NCBI GenBank assembly: GCA_963545665.1
Contig: CAUUKU010000001.1
Location: 8,532 to 72,531, forward strand
Direction of reading: 5' to 3'
DNA from: an uncultured Campylobacter sp.
GTDB lineage: Bacteria; Campylobacterota; Campylobacteria; Campylobacterales; Campylobacteraceae
Length of the DNA stretch: 64,000 nucleotides
Under the pieces are notes generated by a model, which ran no database searches, was not told the origin of the DNA, and saw nothing but the letters and a program-made list of their open reading frames with translations. Of this stretch, positions 48,045 to 57,199 are shown piece after piece. Position numbers and translations under genes: made by a program. The first letter of the stretch is position 1. Each line of letters opens with the position of its first letter.

Positions 48045-49288
48045 TGTTTTTAAGAATTATAAAATCGTCGATACTAAATTCCAAAGATAGCAAATTCTTA
48101 GCGTTTTTGACGATTTTTTTGTCCGTTTCGTTGATCGCTTGCATGCTAAACATCACGCTGAAAATCGGCGATGAAGTCGCTAAGGAGCTGCGCAGCTACG
48201 GCTCTAATATCGTCGTGCTACCGCGCTCGCAAAGCCTAAGCATCGAAATCGGCGGCAAAGAATACTCGCCTTTGAAAAACGACGATTACCTAGCCGAGAG
48301 CGAACTGCACAAAATCAAAGAAATTTTTTGGCGCAACAACATCACCTCCTTCGCGCCGTTTTTATACGCCAAAGCAGGCGGTTACGACATCATAGGCACA
48401 TATTTCGAAAAGGATGTCGGCGTCAGCGACGAGCCTGATTTCCGCGTAGGGGTAAAATCGCTCTACCCGTTTTGGAACGTGGAGGGCAAATGGCCTAGCG
48501 ACGACGCTATAGACGAGGTTTTGGCCGGCAACAAACTCGGCCTAAAGATCGGCGATACGTTAAATTTAAACGGCAACCAAGTCAAAGTGGTCGGAATTTT
48601 AAGCGGCGGCGACAGCGAGGCGAGTAAAATCATCGCTAGCCTAAAGCTCGCGCAAAAGCTCACGAACAAAGAAGGCCTCATCGCCAAAGCCGAAGTCGGC
48701 GCCATGACGATCCCGGAAAACGACCTTTCGGTAAAGGCGCGTAGAAATTTAGACGCGCTAGATAGCGTCGAATACGACACGTGGTACTGCTCGGCATACG
48801 TGAGCTCCATCGCGTATCAGATCACCGAGGAGTATCCCAACGCAAGCGCCAAGGCCGTACTTAGCGTCAGCGAAGCTCAAAGCGGCATCACGAAAAAAAT
48901 TCAAAATTTAATGGGCGTCGTAAGCATCCTGTCGCTGTTGATTTCAAGCATCTGCATCACGAGCCTGCTAAGCAGCGAAATTTACAAGCGCAAAAAAGAG
49001 ATCGGACTGCTTAAAGCGCTAGGAGCGAGCAATTTTATGATCTATATCCAATTCGCCGCCGAAATTTTCGTCGTCTGCGTGGTTAGCTCGCTCGCGGGAG
49101 CGCTCGCCGGCTACGCGCTTAGCTGGGCGATCGCGTATCAAATTTTCGGCTCGTTCATCGGTATCAGCGTTATGGTGATGCCGCTAAGTATCGTTTTTGG
49201 GCTGCTCATTTGTATTTTCGGCTCGATTTTACCGCTGCGAGGCGTGATAAGACTACTTCCTGCGGAGGTGCTGTATGGTAGGAAATAA
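48044..49288 (+). CDS. ABC transporter permease (FtsX/MacB-type)
   Basis: 414 aa with an N-terminal TM helix, a large periplasmic domain and a C-terminal FtsX 3-TM bundle (KKEIGLLKALGAS). It has a TAATG overlap with the upstream gene. Confidence 0.88.
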   Translation: MFLRIIKSSILNSKDSKFLAFLTIFLSVSLIACMLNITLKIGDEVAKELRSYGSNIVVLPRSQSLSIEIGGKEYSPLKNDDYLAESELHKIKEIFWRNNITSFAPFLYAKAGGYDIIGTYFEKDVGVSDEPDFRVGVKSLYPFWNVEGKWPSDDAIDEVLAGNKLGLKIGDTLNLNGNQVKVVGILSGGDSEASKIIASLKLAQKLTNKEGLIAKAEVGAMTIPENDLSVKARRNLDALDSVEYDTWYCSAYVSSIAYQITEEYPNASAKAVLSVSEAQSGITKKIQNLMGVVSILSLLISSICITSLLSSEIYKRKKEIGLLKALGASNFMIYIQFAAEIFVVCVVSSLAGALAGYALSWAIAYQIFGSFIGISVMVMPLSIVFGLLICIFGSILPLRGVIRLLPAEVLYGRK

Positions 49289-50408
49289 CGCTTCGTTTTT
49301 CAGAGGCACGATCTTTAAGAGTATCATCAATAGCGGCATTCGCTCATTCGTGATTTTCGTCGCGATCATGCTAGGCAGCGCGGTTTGCGCGGCGTTCGTA
49401 AATATCTACGCCGACATCGATAAAAAGGTCGAGAGCGAGCTAAACAGCTACGGCGCGAACCTCATCGTAAGCCCTGCGGATTTTGAAAACTCTCACATGA
49501 ACGAGAGCGAGCTAAAAGCCAGACTAAAACAAATTCCAAATTTAAAAGCGGCCAACGAATATCTGTTCGGCAGCGCAAATTTAGGCGTAAAAAGCGCGGT
49601 CGTGATGGGGGTAAATTTTTCGAGCCTAAGGCAGACGATGCCGTTTTTGGATCTCAAAGAGGGCGAGTTTATAAATATCGACTTCGACGATAAAAATGCG
49701 CTCATCGGGCAGGACCTTGCTAAGCTTTTAGGCGCAAAAGTCGGCGATACGCTCGAAATCACGCCGCTTGGTTCAAACGAAACGAACAAAGTGAAGCTAA
49801 AAGGCATCGTCTATGACGGACAGAAGGAAGACGGGCTTTTGATCATCTCGCTAGGGCTCGCGCAAAAAATTTTAAACGCGCCCAATCAGGTAAATTACGC
49901 AGAAGCTATCGTGGACGGCGATTACGCCGAGATCAGCGCGCTTTCGAAGCGCCTTAGCAGCGAGGATATGATATTTGAGCCCGTAAGCAAAGTATCGAAA
50001 GCTCAGGGCATCATCTTAAACAAAATCAAGCTTTTGATGCTTCTTATCGGCATTACGATCCTTCTGATCACTTCGGTCTGCATCAACACGAGCCTTAGCT
50101 CGATCCTGCTTTCGCGTATCAAAGAGTTCGCGCTCATCCGCGTAATCGGCGCGAGCAAACAAAATTTGCTCCACCTAATCCTGGGCGAAATTTTAACCGT
50201 CTGCGTCGCAGGCTCGCTAGCGGGGGTATTCGTGGGATACCTGCTAGCGATCTTGCTGGGGCATCTGATATTTTCAAGCAGCGTGGATTTTAGGCTAATC
50301 AGCCTCTTTGCGGCGGTCGCGCTGAGCCTGATTTTTGCGCTCGCGGCAAGCTACTATCCGATCAAAAAGGCGCTGAATCCAAATTTAGCGAATCTATTAA
50401 GGGAATGA
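49275..50408 (+). CDS. ABC transporter permease (FtsX/MacB-type), second copy
   Basis: 377 aa with the same architecture (IKEFALIRVIGAS). It overlaps the previous gene by 14 nt. Confidence 0.88.
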   Translation: MVGNNASFFRGTIFKSIINSGIRSFVIFVAIMLGSAVCAAFVNIYADIDKKVESELNSYGANLIVSPADFENSHMNESELKARLKQIPNLKAANEYLFGSANLGVKSAVVMGVNFSSLRQTMPFLDLKEGEFINIDFDDKNALIGQDLAKLLGAKVGDTLEITPLGSNETNKVKLKGIVYDGQKEDGLLIISLGLAQKILNAPNQVNYAEAIVDGDYAEISALSKRLSSEDMIFEPVSKVSKAQGIILNKIKLLMLLIGITILLITSVCINTSLSSILLSRIKEFALIRVIGASKQNLLHLILGEILTVCVAGSLAGVFVGYLLAILLGHLIFSSSVDFRLISLFAAVALSLIFALAASYYPIKKALNPNLANLLRE

Positions 50409-50409
50409 C

Positions 50410-51279
50410 ATGGAAATTTTAAAATTTGAAGGCATCTGCAAATACTTCGGCGAAGTCAAGGCTCTCGATAATATCAGCTTCGACGTTTTAAGCGGCGAGT
50501 GGGTCAGTATAATGGGCCCAAGCGGCAGCGGCAAGAGCACGCTCGTAAATATCCTAAGCCTGATGGACGCCCCCACCGCGGGCAGATACATCCTAGGCGG
50601 AGCCGACGCGAGCGCGCTAAACGACGAGCAAATTTTAGAATTTCGCCGCAAAAAGATCGGCCTCGTGTTTCAGCAGTTTCACCTAATCCCCTACCTAACG
50701 GCTGTCGAAAACGTTATGTTAAATCAATACTACCACAGCTGCGTGGACGAGGACAGCGCCAAGGCAGCGCTCGAGAAAGTGGGGCTCGCGCACCGCATCA
50801 CGCACCGTCCTAGCGAGCTTAGCGGCGGCGAGCAGCAGCGCCTCTGCATCGCGCGCGCACTCATCAACGACCCTGATATCATCATCGCCGACGAGCCTAC
50901 AGGCAACCTCGACGAGGCCAACGAGCGCGTGGTTTTGCAGCTCTTTCAGACGCTTCGCGGCGAGGGCAAGACGCTGCTTTTGGTCACGCACAACGAAGAG
51001 CTCGGTAAATTTGCCGACAAAGTGGTACGCCTAAGACACGGCAAGCTTGATCGAATAGAGCTTTTGGATCAAAGCACGATGAAGCACAATCTCGGCTCGC
51101 AGAATAAAATTTCAGATCGCGATCCAAACAAAAGCGCTTCGCAAAGCCCTAGCGCCGAAGCTGCGAGCGAGCAAAATCCCGCCTCGCAAAGCTCTCGCGG
51201 CGAAGATCAAAGCGCTAAAAATTTAAGCGGCGAAAATTCCGATGCCGAAAATTCTAGCGCACAGAATTCCGATGCGTAA
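50410..51279 (+). CDS. ABC transporter ATP-binding protein with a C-terminal low-complexity tail of about 70 aa
   Basis: It has Walker A GPSGSGKST, the signature LSGGEQQR and Walker B IIIADEPT. The conserved domain ends near VRLRHGKLD (about aa 220), followed by a Ser/Asn/Gln/Glu-rich tail. Confidence 0.9.
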   Translation: MEILKFEGICKYFGEVKALDNISFDVLSGEWVSIMGPSGSGKSTLVNILSLMDAPTAGRYILGGADASALNDEQILEFRRKKIGLVFQQFHLIPYLTAVENVMLNQYYHSCVDEDSAKAALEKVGLAHRITHRPSELSGGEQQRLCIARALINDPDIIIADEPTGNLDEANERVVLQLFQTLRGEGKTLLLVTHNEELGKFADKVVRLRHGKLDRIELLDQSTMKHNLGSQNKISDRDPNKSASQSPSAEAASEQNPASQSSRGEDQSAKNLSGENSDAENSSAQNSDA

Positions 51280-51659
51280 AATTTAGCTCGCATGATGAAA
51301 AATAAAGCTACGTTAAAATTTAAAAATTTCACCGCCCGCCCGCGCTCTTTTTGGGTTCATTTGCAGTTTGCGCAAGCAGGCGCGGCTCTTTGCTGCGCAC
51401 GTCCCGCCGAAGCTGCTTGCCTCGAAAGATCAAGCACCGTTGCAAAACCGAGCGGAGCGGGTAAAAATTTAAAAAGCCGAAATTTAAAAAGTCTAAATTC
51501 TAAAAGCCAAAACGCTACGGGTGCGGATTGCGGCGCAGATCACGGCATACGTCTCAGCCTGGATCGCGATATAAATTCCCGCCTGGATCGCACCGCAAAT
51601 TTTAAAATTTCAAACGCAAATTTAAAAGCAGATTTAGCGCGCCCGAAGGCGGATTTTAG

Positions 51660-52154
51660 ATGATAAAATTTTTAAATTTAAAAGTTGCTGCCGCCATACT
51701 TGTGCTGCTGCTCGCGGGTTGCGACGGACAGAAGCACCATCTAAGCACTGACGGTACCTCGCTCGCCTCCAAGTTCGACCCCTCCGAGCGCACGCTAAAG
51801 ATCGAGGGCAACGACAAGCCCTTCGTGCTGTTTTTCTACACCGGCAGCTGCGGCGCGTGCAAGGAGCAGGTGCCTGCGCTAAATGAGCTGCAAGCTAGCG
51901 GCGACGCGCTGATCATCGGCGTTTTGGGCGGCGGCAAGGGGTTAGAGGCGGATGCCGCGACCGCGCGCGAAAAAGGGATAAAATTTCCAAGCGTCAGCGG
52001 TGCGAGCTCGGTGAAATACTTCGAATCCATCGTAGGCGGCATTTTCGGCACCCCCACGTCGGTGATCTACGATAAAAACGGCAAAGCGGTCAAAAAGCTC
52101 ATCGGCCTCTATCCCAAATCCGCCTTCGAAACCCAGCTCAAACTCATAAATTAG
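51660..52154 (+). CDS. thioredoxin-like (TlpA/ResA-type) lipoprotein
   Basis: 164 aa with the lipobox LLAGC and the redox motif CGAC. Its position corresponds to Cj1664/Cj1665 of the P19 locus. Confidence 0.8.
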   Translation: MIKFLNLKVAAAILVLLLAGCDGQKHHLSTDGTSLASKFDPSERTLKIEGNDKPFVLFFYTGSCGACKEQVPALNELQASGDALIIGVLGGGKGLEADAATAREKGIKFPSVSGASSVKYFESIVGGIFGTPTSVIYDKNGKAVKKLIGLYPKSAFETQLKLIN

Positions 52155-52226
52155 CCTGCCCAGAAGGGCCTAGCGTTTGGTAAATTTCGCTAAAATCGGC
52201 TTAAAATTTCATCTTAAGGAAACGAT

Positions 52227-52913
52227 ATGTTTGCAAAAACCGCATTAGCAGCCGCTCTAGCCCTTAGTTGCGCACTCGCAGCGCCTTATGAGCCCTACGA
52301 TCACGACGCGATGATAAAGACGGTGCCGGACGGCTCGCGCGCCCTGGATATCGGCGGCATCTACCGCTCCGTGGATAATCTCTGCGTCCACGCATGCGAG
52401 TATCCGCTAAAATTCGACAGCGAGAAGGACGCTGAGGCTGCCTATCAGGACGCGCGAGCGCTTGAAGAAATTTTTAAATTTCTAAGTCAGGAGCTGTTTA
52501 AAAAGGATATCGACGCCAAAGACCGCTACGAGTTTGAGCATAAATTTGCCCGAATTTACGTCATTCAGCACAACTTTGATATCAAAGGCGCCGCGGAGAA
52601 GGCGGACGCGCTCTACGATAAGCTAGTGCAAGAAGCGCCAAAAGACGGCGAGATCCGCACGGAATACGGCGAATTTTTACTAAACTCCTCCCGCGATCAA
52701 AAGGCGCAGCAGATGCTTTCTAGCGCGCTTGAGCTCGGTTCGATGCGCGCGCACCACGCTCTTGCGCTGTTTAGTTTGATGCATGACGATAAAGAGGGCG
52801 CGATTAAGCACCTACAGGCATACCTTGAGGCCTATCCGAAAAATAGCTCCGCCGCGCAGCTGCTCGAGGGGCTAAAAAGCGGCAATATCAAGATCGAAAA
52901 GAAGCAGCAGTGA
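52227..52913 (+). CDS. secreted helical-repeat (TPR-like) protein, hypothetical
   Basis: 228 aa with an AAGGAA RBS and a signal peptide (ALSCALAAP). The sequence looks helical and Ala/Leu/Glu-rich. Its stop overlaps the GTG start of the tannase gene. Confidence 0.55.
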   Translation: MFAKTALAAALALSCALAAPYEPYDHDAMIKTVPDGSRALDIGGIYRSVDNLCVHACEYPLKFDSEKDAEAAYQDARALEEIFKFLSQELFKKDIDAKDRYEFEHKFARIYVIQHNFDIKGAAEKADALYDKLVQEAPKDGEIRTEYGEFLLNSSRDQKAQQMLSSALELGSMRAHHALALFSLMHDDKEGAIKHLQAYLEAYPKNSSAAQLLEGLKSGNIKIEKKQQ

Positions 52914-54481
52914 GTAAAAAATCCCTTGCCTTAGGCGCCGCTGCGATGCTTTGCGGCGCGCTAAGCCTAAATGCCGAGGCTGCGGCGCAGAGCGCGCAAA
53001 TAGATCTGAAATTTAACGCCGCGAATTTTACGCAAGAAAGCGTAACCGTAGGCGGCAAAAAGATAAAATTTCGCGCCTACAAAAACATAATCTACGTCGC
53101 AAAACCCGTAAGCGCGCGCTATCAGAGCATGAATATCTTCATCCCGCAGCAGTATTTTGAGGGGAGCAAGAGCGGTAAATTTGACGCCGCAAGCGCGCCG
53201 ATATTTTTACCCAACGGCGTGGGCGGCTACATGCCGGGTGAAGCGGGCGAGGTCAAAATAGACGCAAGCGGCAAACCAAACGCGATCGCTACGGCGCTTT
53301 CGCGCGGTTACGTCGTAGCCGCTCCCGCAGCGCGCGGACGCACGCTAAAGGACGCAACCGGCGATTATATCGGCAAGGCGCCCGCAGCGATCGTCGATCT
53401 AAAGGCGGCCGTGCGGTATCTGAAATTTAACGACGCGGCGATGCCGGGGGACGCAAACAGGATCGTCTCAAACGGCACGAGCGCGGGCGGAGCACTCTCG
53501 GCGCTTTTGGGCGCGAGCGGGGACGAGGCCGCGTACGAGCCGTATCTGCAAGAGCTGGGCGCTGCGAAGGCGAGTGATAAAATTTACGCGGCGTCGGTAT
53601 ACTGCCCAATCACAAATCTAAAGCGCGCGGACGCGGCGTATGAGTGGATGTTCGGCGCGCAGAGCGAATATGAAAAGATGGATTTTAGCGGCCTTGATGC
53701 GGCGGGATTTAACGAGCGCGGCGAAAATTCTAGCGGCGCTGAAAAAAATTCCAAAAAAGACGCAAATCAAAGCGCCGCAAAGCCCGCGCGCAAGATGCTA
53801 AGCGGCAAACTAAGCGCAGCGCAGATTAAAATTTCAGACGAGCTAAAGGCGCAATTCCCAGCCTATCTGAACTCGCTAAACTTAAAGGACGGGGGCGGCC
53901 GCCCGCTAAGCCTGGATAAAAACGGCGACGGCAGCTTCAAAGATTACATAAACGGGCTCATATCGGCCTCGTTTGCTAACTTTGCGGCGAAAAATCCGCG
54001 CGCGAAAGCGCCCCTATACCTCGCTGCAAAGATCAAGGACGACGCATCGCAATCGCATATGCTCTTTTGGGGCTACGCGACCTCCGAGCCGCGCGCCAAG
54101 ACCCCGCCCGCATTCGACGGCTTCGCGCTTGAAAATCCCGAAAACGAGCTGTTCGGCGGCGCCAAATTTAACGCGGCGCATTTTACGGATTTTGGCGCGA
54201 TGAATGACCCCGCCAAAGGGGTGCTAATCGCCGATGCGCGGGTTGTGGATATAATGGATGCGATGAGCTTCGTGCGCAACGAAAACGGCGCGAAACATTA
54301 CCGCATCCGCCACGGCGCGAGCGATCGCGATACCGCGCTTGCGACCCCCGCGATTTTGGCGCTTAGCTTGCAAAACGCGGGCAAGAACGTCGATTTTGCG
54401 GTGCCTTGGGGGCAAGGACACGGCGGCGATTACGATCTTGAGGAGCTTTTTAACTGGATCGACAAAGTAGTAGCGCAGTAA
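52910..54481 (+). CDS. secreted subtype-B tannase (tannin acyl hydrolase, TanB-like alpha/beta hydrolase)
   Basis: 523 aa with a signal peptide (LSLNAEA). GDANRIVSNGTSAGGALSALLGASGDEAAYEPYLQELGAA...SVYCPITNL..ADAAYEWMFG and the C-terminal HYRIRHGASDRDT...PWGQGHGGDYDLEELFNWID align with my recollection of Lactobacillus plantarum TanB, including the Ser (53480-53482), Asp and His triad positions. Confidence 0.8.
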   Translation: MSKKSLALGAAAMLCGALSLNAEAAAQSAQIDLKFNAANFTQESVTVGGKKIKFRAYKNIIYVAKPVSARYQSMNIFIPQQYFEGSKSGKFDAASAPIFLPNGVGGYMPGEAGEVKIDASGKPNAIATALSRGYVVAAPAARGRTLKDATGDYIGKAPAAIVDLKAAVRYLKFNDAAMPGDANRIVSNGTSAGGALSALLGASGDEAAYEPYLQELGAAKASDKIYAASVYCPITNLKRADAAYEWMFGAQSEYEKMDFSGLDAAGFNERGENSSGAEKNSKKDANQSAAKPARKMLSGKLSAAQIKISDELKAQFPAYLNSLNLKDGGGRPLSLDKNGDGSFKDYINGLISASFANFAAKNPRAKAPLYLAAKIKDDASQSHMLFWGYATSEPRAKTPPAFDGFALENPENELFGGAKFNAAHFTDFGAMNDPAKGVLIADARVVDIMDAMSFVRNENGAKHYRIRHGASDRDTALATPAILALSLQNAGKNVDFAVPWGQGHGGDYDLEELFNWIDKVVAQ

Positions 54482-55066
54482 ATTTAACGGGCGAAAATTT
54501 ACTTTGGATTTAGAATTTTGCGCAGCTCTGCCGTAAAATTTTATCGCCCAAACACTCTCTAGCGGATACGCCGAGCGGCGTAAAATTCCGCTGCGAAATT
54601 CTATCGCGTAAAAATTTTAGCGTCGCTGCGAGACGCGCAATGGTTTGAAATTTTGCGGCTAACACTGGGGAAATTCCATAGAATTTTATCGCGGCAAAAT
54701 AGCGCGAATTAAAATTTTAGCGGCTGTGGCGATTTATGGCGTGGAGCTTTAGCGTGATCCACGTCAAAATTTCGACGCAATCAAATTCTGCAGGCTAAAT
54801 TTTAAATTTAAAGACCGAAGTGCGCGATAAAATTTCGCGGCGTTTATACTATCCGATCGCAGATATTTGAGCACGCAGGTATCGCGCAATGGGCGCACAT
54901 TCGGCGTGCGGATGATTAAAGCGCAAAAACTCCAAGCGAGCGCGGCAAGCAGGCTAAATTTAAGGCGTGCATTCGCGATCTTCTGCGGATCCAAGCCCGC
55001 TTTGGCTATCTCCATTAAGCCTACTTCAATAATCCACCGGCGCCCAAAAAGCGCCGCTCGGAGTCC

Positions 55067-55340
55067 GTATCTTTGCGCCCGTGTGCATAAATTTCATAAT
55101 TTAACGGCGCTTTTGAACGCAGCTTAGCCTATTTAAAGATCACCGCGCCGCGTCAGGATCGTTTCCTAAACCAGGCGTGCTAGTATCTTTGCGGCGGCAC
55201 AACTTGGTGCCAAATTTAACGCTAGCTAGCATTGCGCTGCCTTTAGCTTGCGTACGGCAAGCGCTCTATCTATGGCAACGCAGCTTCGGCATTAAATTTA
55301 AACGCGCTGTCTTTGCGCCGCCTTTAGCTCGCATGCGGCG
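55067..55340. repeat. three degenerate tandem units of about 116-125 bp
   Basis: (G/C)T(A/G)TCTTTGCG(C/G)C starts units at 55067, 55183 and 55308. AACGCAGCTT recurs at about 55115 and 55277. GCCTTTAGCT(T/C)GC recurs at about 55239 and 55320. Confidence 0.5.
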
Positions 55341-55421
55341 GGCACCGCCTGCGACGACGCCGAAATGCAAGCCGCTTTTTACCGCGCTACGCCGCAAAAG
55401 AGCTTTTAAAATTTTAACGCC

Positions 55422-56318
55422 CTAGCCTTTTGCGATCTCGTAAAAACCGTCTTTGAAAACAACCTTGCCCGCATCCGCCAGACGCTTTAAAAGCTGCGCG
55501 CTGGGCTCGTCAAACATCGCCTCCACGTCGCTCGTGCGCTGCGGACGGCGCGAGAGAGTACGCAAAATTTCATCCTCGTTAAAGCTCAGCCGTTCACTTG
55601 CATATTTGGGCACGGCGATGATATTTACGTTTTGATTTTCGATGAAAGTGGCCAGATAGCGCAGCTGCGCCTCACTCACACCCTGCACGCGGTATGCGGG
55701 CGGGCGATCGATCGTGCCGAGATCGACGCGGTGCGGGTTGATGCGCGCCAGAGCCGCATTCAGCGCTGCGAAATCCTCCTGCGTGTCGTTTAGCCCGCGC
55801 ACGACTAGGATTTCGATATCAAGCTCACCGCGAAACTCGCGCGCAAAATCCGCGATCGCGCTTACGATATCCTCGGCGCCAATGCCCGCGTGCGGGCCGT
55901 CCACCTTGCGAAAGCTTTTCGCAAGCGCGCTATCTAGCGAAAATTTGCAAATATCAAGCTTCGCTAGGGCCGCGCTGTTTTCGCGCACGAGCGAGCCGTT
56001 TGATAAAACGAGCAGTTTCTGCGGCAGGTGCAGCGCCTTTAGCGCGCTCACGAGCTCGGCGAAGCGCGGATGCAGCGTGGGCTCGCCGTTTGCCGTGATC
56101 GTGATGACATCAATGCCCGCATGGCTTTGCAGCGCGGTTTTCAGCTCGGTGATGACCGGGCCGATCTCACAGGGCTCGCTCATCGCGCTTACCGGCTTGC
56201 CCGCGCCCAGCTCGCAATAGATGCAGTTGAAGTTGCACTGCTTGCGCTGCGGGCTAAGATCGATACCGAGGCTGCGCCCGAACCTGCGCGAGGCCACGGG
56301 CCCGAAAATATATCTCAT
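55422..56318 (-). CDS. radical SAM protein of unknown substrate
   Basis: 298 aa with the N-terminal GPVASRRFGRSLGIDL and the CNFNCIYC (CxxxCxxC) cluster motif. Confidence 0.8.
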   Translation of the reverse strand: MRYIFGPVASRRFGRSLGIDLSPQRKQCNFNCIYCELGAGKPVSAMSEPCEIGPVITELKTALQSHAGIDVITITANGEPTLHPRFAELVSALKALHLPQKLLVLSNGSLVRENSAALAKLDICKFSLDSALAKSFRKVDGPHAGIGAEDIVSAIADFAREFRGELDIEILVVRGLNDTQEDFAALNAALARINPHRVDLGTIDRPPAYRVQGVSEAQLRYLATFIENQNVNIIAVPKYASERLSFNEDEILRTLSRRPQRTSDVEAMFDEPSAQLLKRLADAGKVVFKDGFYEIAKG

Positions 56319-56471
56319 TTTTGCTCCATGATTTGATTTGCGGGGTTTGCTTGCGCGCAGAATTTTGCTTTAAATTTTACTTCCGCGCACCGCCCCGCTA
56401 TGGCGGAATTTTAAACTTAGAGCTTTGAATTTATCCTTAAATTTGGGGCGCGCGAGCTATAAATTTAAAGC

Positions 56472-56491
56472 GCGAGCTAAATTTAGCTCGC
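56472..56491. repeat. perfect 20-bp palindrome GCGAGCTAAATTTAGCTCGC
   Basis: I verified base by base that the sequence is its own reverse complement. It is centred on AAATTT in the spacer upstream of the radical SAM gene. Confidence 0.6.
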
Positions 56492-57199
56492 AAGCTCGCG
56501 GTATTTTACGCCGCCACATACACAGCGCGTAAAATTTAATGGCCGCCCCTCCTTGCCGCAAAACGAGGCTGGTCGCGCATAAAGACTTAATGCGCTACTT
56601 TACGTGAGCTTAAAGCGCGATGCGACAAACATAAGCGATGTGTCGCCTCAAACGCTGCGATTAAATTTGGTTTGACGTAAATTGACGCCGCTTTTAAATT
56701 TTATCGCCGCCTATACTACGCCGTCACACCCTCGCTACGCTCGATACGCATTTTATGACGTGGAAATCCATACCGCAAACCGGATATGCGTCTTGCCCGC
56801 TCGTCACTTAGAGCCTACGTGGCTTGAAATTTAGCCAGCGGATTTGGACGAAAATTTAAAGCCTTGTTTTGCCTTTAAATTTCGCCGCGACATCGGCGTT
56901 CAAATAATTCAGTGAAATTTTCTCGCAAAAAGCGCGGTGCAGTTGCCGCATAAAAATCTAACGCGATTGCGGTTCGCACGATAATGCCCATGATTAAAAG
57001 CAAATTTAAAGCCGTGAGAGCCGATCTCCTCACAACTTCGCGCAAACGCTACGTCCGCTCGTTAAGCGCAGATCCATATACCGCATCCGCGGCCGAATAC
57101 AAAGCATGACAATGAAAAAAAGTCGAAGCGCAAGCTGCCTCGGACATCACGAATTCAGTAGAGCGGCGCGCTGCAAGCGAGTTCTCGCAAAGTCCGTTT

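Noticed and set aside
51292-51663. A 123 aa ORF between the ABC ATPase and the thioredoxin-like gene
   Set aside because: It has no RBS. Its translation is low-complexity (KNLKSRNLKSLNSKSQN) and produced by AAATTT-type repeats. No counterpart exists in the well-studied C. jejuni P19 locus.
54764-55425. ORFs of 82-86 aa in the spacer after the tannase gene
   Set aside because: They overlap the roughly 120 bp tandem repeats, show Arg/Ala-rich composition and have no start-site support.
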